Shown here piece by piece: positions 37,521 through 49,390 of a stretch of 64,000 nt of DNA. This DNA is from Marsupella aquatica (lineage: Eukaryota > Plantae > Marchantiophyta): the NCBI GenBank assembly GCA_973895155.1, contig OZ316892.1:4486510-4550509 (forward strand), written 5' to 3'. The position numbers and the translations under genes are program-made. The notes under the pieces are model-generated. The model did not search any database, was not told the origin of the DNA, and saw nothing but the letters and a program-made list of their open reading frames with translations. Positions within the stretch are counted from its first letter, which is position 1; each line of letters begins with the position of its first letter.

Positions 37521-40500
37521 AAATCTAGTGCGAAATATTTTTTTAGGAAAAAATCTACCTGGAAAATCTAGTGGGAAAGGTTTGCCACTAGAAAAAGGGG
37601 TGTTAGTCTCTCTCACCAGAAAGAAGCATCTGGGGGTGCACTCAGCAGGGTTTTGCAGTTTGCACTATGTGAGCAGTGAAGAAACGGGGGATTGTGCATT
37701 TATCCTAAGAACTAGAGTGCCCCCTGGTGGGCCCCTGTCAGTGAATCTTCTGGTGACTCCACCCTAAATTGAACGTGGCTGCCCTAAAACCCTAAACCCT
37801 ACCTCATAAGTGCATTTTTTACTATAAGGCAAAATGCCATGCAATTATCAGTACGTGTCAGTCTGGAATTGTGTGCTTACCAATAAGTGTTCAAGCACAA
37901 TTATTGATGTTGTCGTTTATGGAAGCCGTTTTAGGACAAGTTAAGTGCAAAAGACAGCAAACTCCAATGGGAAAAAGGAAAGAAGGGGACCCCTTGCAGT
38001 TATGCAGGTTTTTATTTATGGAGTGTGATGCACTTAGAGAAAAGACAGTGAGCTCTATCTCCCGTTTTGCGTCTCGAAAACTTTTTGAGGAGCGAACTTT
38101 GACATGCATTATTTCCCTAGGTATCCAATGGAATCTGATTCTTTTGGGTTCGTTAGAAACAACTTGGAAAGATTTTAAGTTTACAAAAGCCTAATGTAGG
38201 TCATATTTCATTGAGAATTGAGAGACTTACAAATTCCCAAGATGATTATCTTGTTTTCTTGGCACATTTGACTCGCCTTTGTAATATGGACTAAATGAGC
38301 AGAAATTTTGGTTTTGGTACAGTCCATCTGGTTTGCTAAAGCCCGTGCAAAAGTCTACCTGTCCAATTGGACCTCCCAATAGTGGTGGGTTGGAAAATAT
38401 CCAGAAAGATTTTGGAAATGGGGAGGAAATGAAATTTGAGACATTGTAGTGTGACAAACTTGATATGAAACAAAATCGCCCTGATCACTGTATTATCTAC
38501 TGAAAAAGGCTACCAACACATGTTTTGACTAGGTATGAACAAAATACCACAACTAGCTAGACTGGGATTGGTTTTTGGACAAGATAAATTAAAATGGCCA
38601 CCCACAAACGTCTGGAAATAAGTAAACTTAACTTTTCGCAATTGAGAATTGCAAAACAAGTTACCACTTGGACCTGGACTGGACCTTGGGTGCTCTCAGT
38701 TTGGTTTGCCATTTGGGATAATTCATTGGTAGTCATTTTGCTTTTGGTATTCAATAGGTTGTCCAATCCTTGTCCCCTCCTTCCAACTCTGTTCTGCCTC
38801 CTTTCTCATGGCGGATGGTTCAGGGGTGATTTTCTTTCTCTTCCCTGGGTGTGCTCCTTCTTTCAGCCCCCTTATTTGTTTTTTTCTCTCCTGCCTCCTT
38901 CTCCTAGGCAGCTATTCTTGTTTTGTCTCTTGGAATAAAGTTTTCAGTTATTGAAAAAAAAACACAAGTTGCCACTATTTTCAAGGAAAACAAGTTACCA
39001 GTATGGGAGTCATCCTTTGGTGCTGGTACAGTACAATTATACACTATGCATGTATTTCCTCAGGAGTCTGGGAAATCATAGAGTTGGTGCAATAGGGCAT
39101 TTCAAAGCTTCAAAGTTTGCAAATTATAGTTTTTGGCCATAAACAAATAAACATAGCTTTTTGTCAAGGTTGTGTAAAAGTCTTTTTTTTTAAGTTCTTT
39201 CACTAGCCTCTCCAGTTACTTATGGTATGGAATATGACCAATCTTTGTGGCATAAAAATTATGGATTTTGGATTTGGTAGTCCATAACTTTCTTTATACC
39301 TAACCTTAACTTAGTAGTTAAGGGCCATCAAATTTTGAGGTTTTGAGACCCACTGAGGAAAGGGTACATCCCAATCATTTGGCTTTGGCCTGGGTGGCAG
39401 ATAAATGTTTTTCCTTGGGAGTGAGGGGAACTCAAAAACATATAAGTAAGATGTACCAACCTTTTTTTTGGCCTCGGGAGTTGGGAAACTACAAAATTTC
39501 AAAAAAATATCAACATTTGAGGAAATACGCTCATTATAGGATATGATGCTCCCATAGACCCTAGATAGAAATCAGGCTACAGGGGTGGGAAATATTATAG
39601 ACATTCTTTGTGAGATATGAGTAAAATGCAATCAATTTGGGTTGGACAAATCTATGGGATCATGTTGGAAAGCCTAAAGGTCCATTCAGGCTTGCTCATC
39701 AGAACATAAGCCCCTGGCATAAGCCCACATAAATTATTCTGAAGAAATATTTCCTTGTTCAAAATATATTTTCCTAGTCTGACTGTTTATATTTTAAGTG
39801 CCAGAAACAGTTTGCTCCATCCTAGTCTCCACGTCAAACACAGTGGTCCATCAGAGATCAACTTTAATATAGCGCCATGCCTTGCGAGGACAAAAGCTTA
39901 CTTAGACAGTTGAGAGAGTTTCAGGAGGGCTTTGTTTCCCCTCTTTTGTCTCCAAGGAAAGAATCTTTGCCTCTCTTTCCTCACGTTTTCACAAAACCTT
40001 GTCACTAGCAAGAGTCAAAACGTATTGACATTTTAGAAGGGAATTGATGTAGTGTACCTAAATCACAACATTTTACCAGTGCCGTGCCAAAAGTTTCGAG
40101 ACCAACTGGAAACATTTATGCATGCTGTGAAAAAGTTGTGGGGATGTTAGAATACTTTTTAAAAAATTAAATGGCAATGTAACCTAAAGCATGGACATTT
40201 AAGTGTGGTTGTTAGGACACTTTAAAAAAAATGTCACTTCATTGACAACATAGCCAGACTCTTCTACGCTAGCTTTGAAAAGTTAGAACTAGTTGAGGAA
40301 CTAATGAAGACTATCCCTGGGCAGTCTGCTCTAAAACCACCACTGGCCATATATAAGGGGGAAGTGTCCAAGACCTCCCCCATGTTCCACAGTTCACTCA
40401 CTTTTCTCCTCTAGAGTGCCAGTTTGCTCCAAAATTTCAGCAAAACGTTACTTTTAATGGTAGCTTAGGTAACCCAAAGTTTTTGAAGGGCAGTTGTGGG

Positions 40501-40834
40501 TTTAGTGAAAAATAAGTCCTTGTTACCTGTAAAAAAACCTTTCTTAGCTAAATTGGTATCTTCAATCGTAGGTTGACAAAAAGAACTGGATCCAGGGTTT
40601 GTATCACCCCAAGGTTGTGAATCTCTCATCCAAGCTGTAAAGGCTCTTGGCTTCGATAGCTAGGTAGCTTTGGACTCAACTAAGTGAAGCCTTTTCGAAT
40701 AATAGTTAAGTGTCCTTACAAAGACCGTTACCAGCAGATAACTTGTGTGGAGCTGGCAAGCAGCCTACACCACTACTTGAGGTGGTGAGGGCTCTAGATG
40801 GAGCAACGTACTTAATTTATTCCTCGAATCACGT

Positions 40835-41340
40835 ACTTATTTATTGACAAATCAGGCGGGAAAGACAATTTAACATTATAGAGAATGTTCTTATAAGGAG
40901 AGTGCCAGCACATGGCATGGGGACGTCTCATTGGCTATGGCTTTCTCACAGATTGAAGGGTATTTAGTTTGTTGGATAACGGATGCATTGCCCAGTCAAG
41001 ATTCAAACTTTGGTTGAAATTGACTTACATATTTATATGTGACATGGGAAAAGCACACAAACCCTGTTGAATTGTTGCAGAACTCAACCTTCATGTTATG
41101 TGATGAAGCACAGATGATGGACCAGCATGGAATGGAGGCACTTGATACAGTTCTCCATCAGACACAAGATGATGACAAACCTTTGGAGTTGCAACCTTTG
41201 GTTGTATTTGCAGAAGGTTTTTGACTAGTATTTATAGTGATGGCAAGGGCAAGTTTGCTAAAATTGTGAGGTGCTAATATCCCAAATCAGCTATTAGGAT
41301 TGCAAATCAAATCCTGACCAGTGATAAGGAAGTGAATTGT
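40835..41340 (+). mobile_element. Helitron Pif1 helicase remnant (pseudogenised)
   Basis: Decayed Walker A (FIDKSGG..KT), SLAMAFSQI..LLDNGCIAQSRFK and LCDEAQMMDQHGMEALDTVLHQTQDDDKPL..LVVFAEGF resemble Helitron Pif1 IWDEAPM..EALDRTL..DKPFGGKVVVFGGDF. Stops and frameshifts are present. Confidence 0.75.
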
Positions 41341-43487
41341 TCACCACAATTAGTGTTGTTTGGCAGGGTCATGGGAGAGAACTTCAAGGCCACATTCTCT
41401 ACACTGCTGCAGGCTTAGGTCTCGTGCTCGTGCTAAGTAATACTATTCATGAGTAGAGCCCAAAATTTGCTTCACTAGATTTTGTGAGAGTGACAAAGAT
41501 GAAATGTTGCCTCTGCACATATCTCACACAGTACTTTTCGGACAGAGCTGCATCACCTCCAAGTGTTCACCGATCCCTAGTTGCTTGCTGACCATGCACA
41601 TCCCAAATCGATGTTGTGATCAACACTGCAGAGTAATCAACGAGTTCAGTATAGCTCGCCTGCACCACTGAACAGTCCTGTATTTGCTGGTGAAGCATTC
41701 TTTACTTGCATGTTAAACCACAAATGAAACAAAGGCAATTTTGTAAACAAATAGGAATTAGTGTTACTTTTGACTTGAAATCAAGTACAGAGTCAACTTC
41801 ACCAAAACTAGTCTTAGTAACACTAATTTGGAGGTGACATCACGAATAGCCATGAACTATGTAGATAAAGAATTGACCATTTTCTTGAACTTCAATCGAG
41901 GTATCTCAGAACTTTGCTATGCCAGGACAAGGGCTTCCCGTAACTCAAGACTTAACATGGGAACTCTCGTAGAAGTTGTAGGAGCCAAATTTCATTGATC
42001 AGCCTTTGCAGCTCTCTGTCGATCATGGTGGGGGCCACACTCACTGCAGGCAAAGGGATGCCTTGCCACCCAGTGCTGCTACTGACCTCTGTTCCTCGTC
42101 CAGACATTCGCTCAGTAATTGCACACACTAAACTTGGGCACCCATTCTCTTCTCACTTTTCTTTCAACTCTTTGCTTTGCTGCCGTTCACCCGTCTTCCG
42201 ACAATACAAATGCAACAACTATGATTGTGCAACACACAGGCATTGGGCTCCGACAATATGTATTGCAACAACTACAATTGTGCAACACAGAGGCATTGGG
42301 CTCGTCAATGATAAGTACTTTTCTTTTTTAGTCAATGATAAGTACAGTGTTTTGCATCTGTGAAACCGAAATCATGACAGTTTTCGCAAACGGACTTGCG
42401 AGCGCTGTAAGTGAGCGCTAAAGGATCTTGCATATAAGACACGGCTCTAGAGTAGTCCCACTTTTGGGCAAGAATGTACTAGAGCCAGGCAACTAGATTG
42501 CAGACCGGACAAGTGAATACTTCTTCAGTTCATTGAAATGAAAACACGCGAACAAAAGACCCAGATCAGGAGAGTCCAGCACACATGGCCAGACTCAGTA
42601 AGATAAAGTATCGATAAGCCAAGCAACGGAGCTCATACCTACAGTGAGCTAGTACTGAACGAAGAGAAACACCCAGCTTTATTGCAAGGAAACACAAAAA
42701 CAACTTACCCTGAAGGTCCACAAGATCAGGAGAGTCAAGGTGAAGAGGAACACGCCAGGTGCAATTCATATAAATGGCCCAGAAAAGTTCACCTATCCTA
42801 CAGCGTTTTCCAAGCTTGTCAAAGTAGGGCCGGCCAAATAGGAAACATAAATCCCTTTATTGGGCGAATCAGTATCGCACCAAAATAGTGTAATTCTTGA
42901 AAACAATGGACAAGCATATCTTTTAGGTATTTGCTACTAGCAACTAACTAAAGCCACACTCTGCAACTGCCTTAAGAGGGAGCAACAACCAGACCTCATG
43001 TGACCGCATGTTCTCACCACCAATGACACCATTTGCAAGGAATAGACCAAAAGCTATGGATGCTCTCAGGGACAGCACCTAGTAACGAATTTTGTAAGAT
43101 GAGTACAAAACATGGAGTTCCAGCCCTTGCAGAGACCTTGACGACCTGAGAAGCCCGAAAGGGGTATCAAGTTGATGCAATGGGTTGCGTTCCAGTGAAG
43201 ATAAAGAAAAGCTTCGAGGTGAGTTTCCTAGGTCCACAACTTGAAACAGCTTCAGGTCCATGTCGCCTTTTTTAATCCTTTCCTGCTGAAATCTTTTCCT
43301 GTGAACTTGCCATTGTCTAACGGCCTCGTTTTATTTTCCAGGATTTTTGGATTGACCCTTCTCCCATCTAATAGATGTCATTGACATTCTATTGCAACGA
43401 TGGAGCTGGATACTCTACACTAGGATTGACTAAGTTCCTCGGTAATCTCTCAAGTCTCTACACCCTGATCCCCCAGAAACTTCGCAT

Positions 43488-46400
43488 TTAGTTGCTGTTC
43501 GTTCCAAACTTCAGCTTTCGCCTAGGAAGCGGGCTAGGAAGGCTACAACTAGTACTTCGCACAATGAAAATTTGGTCACCAACTTTGGCACTTCCATAAA
43601 CATCCTGGTTACGATGCCAAGTCCAAAGAGCATGGGTTGAATTCAGCACCTACAAAAGAATCAAACGTGGGACATCAGTAAATTGACCATAACAGTCGTA
43701 GATCCTGCATATTCTATGAATGGAATATGCACGACGTCATGTGCTCAATAATCAGCACGCAAAAAAGAGGATTACACCTATTATGTACCTCTAGGATGCC
43801 ATGTCCAAAGCTGCTGTCTCGGAATCCACTCCACTCTGGCTGCTTATCCCAGCAAAACTGGCCTGCAGCAGGTCCAGCGGTGAAATTCGCAGCACAGATT
43901 CCTCCATATTCTGGAATATTCGATGTCGGAGTGGGGCACTGTCCAGGATCATCTGCGTGCTGGATATCAATTTGTTCAATATTACCACCATCACCAACTG
44001 TAATATACACAGGCGCACAGGGATCGAGGGTGTAGTTGTATACTCGATTCGTACGCTCGTAAGCATGGACCTGAACAAACCCACGCAGAACGTTTGCCAA
44101 AGTCGAGGAATTTCAAGTGCCTTTGAGACCGACAAAGGTTGTTATGAAGTCCATAAAGTGTTATCGTTCTCAGTTCTAGGCTTTTCCTATATTCAAGAAA
44201 TAAAAGATATCAATGACCTCCAAACATGAAGGTCAAACCTTGGTCTGAGTTAAATTAACATCAAAAGCCATGTAAAGCCGTGCCTAATTTAGATCGTAAA
44301 CCACACACTAAGTGCGCAACAAGGTGTAGTTCTCCCAGATCATAACTGCTGATGCTTACCTGAGAGCTATCCAGCGTTGTCCTTCGGGTAAGGAAATTGC
44401 ATCTTTCTAGACCAAATCTCTAAAGTCACCTTCTGAAAGTTTCATGCCCTTGAAACTCACACATCCATTCTCAAAGCCTTTAAAGCAATATTTTCCAGAC
44501 TGAAAGTGACAGGGGAATCTTGGATGAGCGAGAACATGATGTAAAGTGGTGAAGTACTCACATGACCTGAAAATACGAGGTCCACATTTGCACGATACAG
44601 AGCGTCTTCCATTTGCAGCCGCATGCACTCCACTTCCTTGTAGTGAGAACTGTAAGAATTGTACCAGGGAGGATGCATTGAAGCAACGAGCCATGGTGTC
44701 ACTGATCGGTCCACAGCGCCCAAGTCTCTCAAAAGCCACTGATATTGCGCTCCTGTGTTCACATTAAAGAAATTCTACACTGATTAAGGATATATGTCAG
44801 ATCGTGATGTCCACAGCTTGTAACTGGATTGACAAACATCAAGACGTAAGGCACGGCTACGCGACTACTCATTCCTACCATTTCACAAAAGCCCTCGTCC
44901 AGTCAGTCCCTTTCTTCTGGACTACTTGGCCGTGACAATGATTCATTCATTGTGCCATTAGTAGTCTTTCAACTTGCTTCACTGTTCAAATCCAATCATT
45001 GTTCATCTTTCCAATCAGCCTAGGGTTATCACCTATGCCAATTCAATGCATCTATTTGGGAATTCAGCTCAAGTCCTTCCATTCAGCTAAAGTCCTCCCA
45101 TGATTTCTATCAAATCTGCTCCCATCAATTGCTAAGTACGCCGTCAGCTATTTCAAGTATCAGACGTGGATGGCGCAGCGATAACTTGAAGTGATTGAAT
45201 CAAACACGTTCGTTAAACGGAAACGTCCGTCCTTCAAATCCCAACTTCAATGAAATACCATTGGATAGGCCTTACCTGTCTGATTGTAATCAACATAGCC
45301 GCCGAGCATCACAAAGTGGATCCCGCCAGCATTGAATGAGTAATATAGACTGCTGCCCGATCCACTCTCTACTGAAGGGACAGCAAATCGGGCCCGGTAG
45401 GCTTCAAAGGTTGTACCATTTGCTTGTGGCTCAATCTCATGGTTTCCTTCAATCACCATCATCGGGATCTTCGATGTTAGTGGTTCCATAAACCTACACA
45501 ATCAAGTTCAAGATTTCACAGATCTCAATTCAATCATGGCTACAGCTAGGGTAGCTGAGGTAATGATAAGTACATCAAATGATTCTCCTAATAGGCAAGA
45601 AGCTAATTTCGACTGAATGCCTGGGTATCATTGGTTTGGGCGTTTTCATTGTATTTTCTAATTCAAACTGTTGTGGACTGATCGTTCCTAAGAACTACTC
45701 AGTTAGACAGGACCCAAGATTATTTACTTGAGCCCACAATTACGTGAGCAATGTACGGCAGTCCATGGCTTTGAGTCTGGACTTTTTCTGTAGTGCAAGG
45801 TCCTCTTTGGGTTGACCAAGAGTGTTTCTCTTCTATTTGTTCTTTGTTTTTACGTACATATCTTTTTCTAAAGCAAGACTGCAAAGTACAAGGTCAAGAA
45901 AGGGAGGCTTACCTCTGCCAATGGTCCCAATGAGGCTGATACGTCTCTCGTATAGGGCTGTTGGGAAATTCACAGCTGTAGCACGAAGCCGATTGACCGG
46001 TGGTGAGATATTGATTAGCATAGCTCAAATCTCCAACCATCAACAGCAATGTTGGATCATTCAGGAGTAGGTGCTCCACCGTCGTAGTAGAGTTGTAAGT
46101 CAAGCCAAGATCTCCCAACACCGCAACTCGTGCCGGATAACTAATTGGGCTGGGAAGAGGAAGCGTGGTAAAGGTGTGCTCGAGGCTCATCACCCGTTGC
46201 GCATTATCACCACAAATGAAATAGTATGTTGTGCTAGGCAGGAGTCCTGAAAATCATCAAGAATTCATGACAAATAAGGTCCAATGACTCAGATGAGTAA
46301 CTAGTTTGGAAACCCCACTACCAGAATAAATACAAACGGGAAACAGGAAACATGAAGGAAAATAGAGTACATATACACAGCTTTTGCAAAACAAATCTCA

Positions 46401-47028
46401 GTTAAGCGTTCGACATGCTGGCGATAAATATGTACCAGAGAGACGAACATGATGAACGATCCCAGAGGTGTACTCCAGCAGGCCCGCAAAGGGATAAATT
46501 TGACTGTAAATCGAAGAGTTCCCCCTCGCCATCAAGCTGTACTGACCACTCGTAATACCGTACAAAACATCACTCCCCACAGTTGAAGGGTTCAATGGTA
46601 CCACGGCCGGAGCATGTTGTGCATCTCCTGACAACCATTCAGGCTTTCAAAATCTCAGCTGCGATATTCCCATAATCCAAGGGGCAGAGGAAATGAAGGT
46701 CCCAACCTAAAAGACAACCAAAAGTGAAGATCATCATACCAGTGATCCAAGATATCCATAATGCATCAGGCGTCGACAGAGCCAAAGTGATCTGCTCAGG
46801 GGAAATGCCCAGAACCTTTTTAACAACTCGAGTATCGTTGACGGGCAGATCAATGCTGCCTTGTCGTAGAGAAGGGTCAAAAGGTACTGTCACAGGAATG
46901 AATGGTCCATCCAGAGTTGAGGGAATCTGACCCCTGGTATTGCCAATGAATTGAACCAGCAAGATGATGGCCATCCAAAGGGAGCACCAACAATGTCGCA
47001 GAGAACGAGCATCCCGCGGAGCTCCCAT
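43488..47028 (-). CDS. Purple acid phosphatase, PAP15/PAP23 (phytase) clade, secreted, 7 exons
   Basis: Exons 46740-47028, 46436-46627, 45913-46246, 45276-45493, 44562-44752, 43789-44070 and 43488-43649 are all phase-consistent. Signal peptide followed by IPSTLDGPF. Metal ligands GDLG, GDLSY, GNHE, MHPPWY and GHVH are intact. Confidence 0.95.
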
Positions 47029-47806
47029 TGTGTGCCTGTGAGGAATATTTCGAAAATCTTTTCGGTCCGGATTCAAACTTCTGCCAATCGAAATAGGTCA
47101 ACTTCGATTTTAAGTTCCAGAAAAACGATATCTGCGACTATGGTCAAAAGCAAGTACAACCCATTGGCTTGATTCGTTTCGAGGTTAGAGCTAGGTTCAG
47201 TGCAGAACTAGTCCCTTCTTAAAATATGAGTATGAATATATCTTAGACATCCGACACCATAATCACATCTTAAACCGCATGAATTGATTAATTCCACTCC
47301 GTACAGATCAGCCTTTGTAAATTGGGATATGTAGTCTCTCCTCTGTTAGCCGCAATTTCACGATTCGTCCAAAGTGAAACTGGCCTTTCCGGTTTCTCCT
47401 CCCCTATCTGTGATTCCTTTCCTATCGCATCCTGTGATCTGCCGCTATACTGTTCTCCTGGTTTTTTGGTGAGCTGGCTGCTTATCTATAGCCACATTCG
47501 GATCAATCTCTGGTAATTCCACAATGAAGGACTCCGAATTTGTACAATTGGCTAGCGCTCCCCACTTTGCCATGATCACTTGGTCGTGTCCACCACGGGT
47601 ATGATCCTCTCCCCTACTCGCCGTTCTTCTTTCCGATAGTGCCCTCTTTAAGGTATTCGTTTATGAAATAGCCTGCCCCTGCCAGTTGCACTACTGATCG
47701 TAATTAGCGTAAGCCAACCACAAAATTTGTTTCAAATGATACTCCCGATTCATCATCTTCGAGACGAAAATGCAGGTTGATCTAAAAACTCCTGTTGTTT
47801 CTGGCG

Positions 47807-48466
47807 ATGCCACCACTCGTCCTCGTGAGAGACGTCGACGACGAGGACGCAGGGGAGGCCGAGGAGGTCGAGAGCACCAGGATAATGATTGAGTAAGAAC
47901 AGAACGATATTAGCGACGACATCCTGTCTTGGCAATGCAGCGACCGCGAAGATCCGCAGATCGCTGACGAGTTCATCGGTTGCCGCGCTGAAGAAAAGAT
48001 TGATGTCGCACTGGCGCCATTACCTCCTCCTCCACCACAACCATCACCACGACCTACGCCTTGAGAAGAAGACACTGACAATGTTGCCCCGTTATCACGA
48101 ACACCACCACCACCACTATCAACACCTTCAGAACAACAGACTGGAGTTGCAACGCTATCATCAACACCACCACCACGATCAACACCTTCAGAACAATAGA
48201 CTGAAGTTGCAACGCTATCATCAACACCACCACCACGATCAACACCTTGAGAAGAACAGGCTGATTTTGCAACGAATTCACCACCACCGCGACCACTTAA
48301 ACCACCGGCGGGGAGGAAATCGATGCAGCAGCCGCTGCTGCACCGAACAGAATCGGACGAGAGGCGGGCACAACAATTCTGTCCGTTCGCCATGATTTCT
48401 ACCTCTACTGCAGTGCGCGATCGAAACCTACAGTCGTCGTGGGACAGTTGCGGAATTCTCTGCTAG
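47807..48466 (+). pseudogene. Possible decayed acidic/Pro-rich ORF with 60-bp tandem repeats
   Basis: One frame reads DVDDEDAGEAEEVE...LPPPPPQPSP...(LSSTPPPRSTPSEQ)n with in-frame stops at 47894, 48062, 48197 and 48248. 60-bp repeats span ~48095-48270. Strand and frame are ambiguous. Confidence 0.3.
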
Positions 48467-48736
48467 TCTCTCGATCGCTGTGCCTTGCTGGAGTGCAATA
48501 ATCAAAAGAGAAAGAGCATCATTCACAGCATATGCGGCTCGTAATTCACAGCATATGCGGCACGTAATTCACAGCATATGCAGCTCCGCCTCCCGATGCT
48601 GCTGCTGCTGCTGCGACTGCTCACTGCTGATGCTGCTGCGGCACGATGTAATCGATGGCGCAATTGCTAATTGAAAGCGGAGGGGTTCTCCCACTCCTCC
48701 TCCCGTTGTGCAGCGTCGACTTGAGCTCGGTCCGAA

Positions 48737-49390
48737 CAGGTTCGTTAGCTAGTGCAAAAGTGTGGTGTGCAGCTTTTTCTTTTAAAGTGCCAAAACTTAA
48801 CGGGTTCGTTTGCTAGTGTAAAAGTGTGGTATGCACCTCTATTTTGAAGTGCCAGAAAATAACAGGTTCGTTTTGTTTCCTAGTGTAAAAGTGTGGTGTA
48901 CACCTTTTTTTTCTAAGTGCCAAAAGATAGCAGGTTCGTTTGTTTGCTAGTGCAAAAGTGTGGTGTGCAGCTTTTTCTTTTAAAGTGCCAAAACTTAACG
49001 GGTTCGTTTGCTAGTGTAAAAGTGTGGTATGCACCTCTTTTTTGAAGTGCCAGAAAATAACAGGTTCGTTTTGTTTCCTAGTGTAAAAGTGTGGTGTGCA
49101 CCTTTTTTTTTAAGTGCCAAAAGATAACAGGTTCGTTTGTTTGCTAGTGCAAAAGTGTGGTGTGCAGCTTTTTCTTTTGAAGTGCCAAAACTTAACAGGT
49201 TCGTTTGCTAGTGTAAAAATGTGGTATGCACCTCTTTTTTGAAGTGCCAGAAAATAACAGGTTTGTTTTGTTTGCTAGTGTAAAAGTGTGGTGTGCACCT
49301 TTTTTTTTAAGTGCCAAAAAATAACAGGTTCGGTTCTTCGCTAGTGTAAATGTGTGGTGTGCATCTTTTTTTTTTAAGTGCCAAAAATTT
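48737..49390. repeat. Tandem array of ~62-67-bp monomers arranged as a ~190-bp higher-order trimer x3
   Basis: Monomer CAGGTTCGTTTGCTAGTGTAAAAGTGTGGTGTGCACCTTTTTTTAAGTGCCAAAA. Variants cycle A-B-C three times. Related degraded copies lie at 49430-49510 and 49870-50080. Confidence 0.92.

Noticed and set aside
36049-37612. Short inverted ends (ACACCCC / GGGGTGT) around the 125-bp array as TIRs
   Set aside because: The match is only ~7 bp and there is no TSD.
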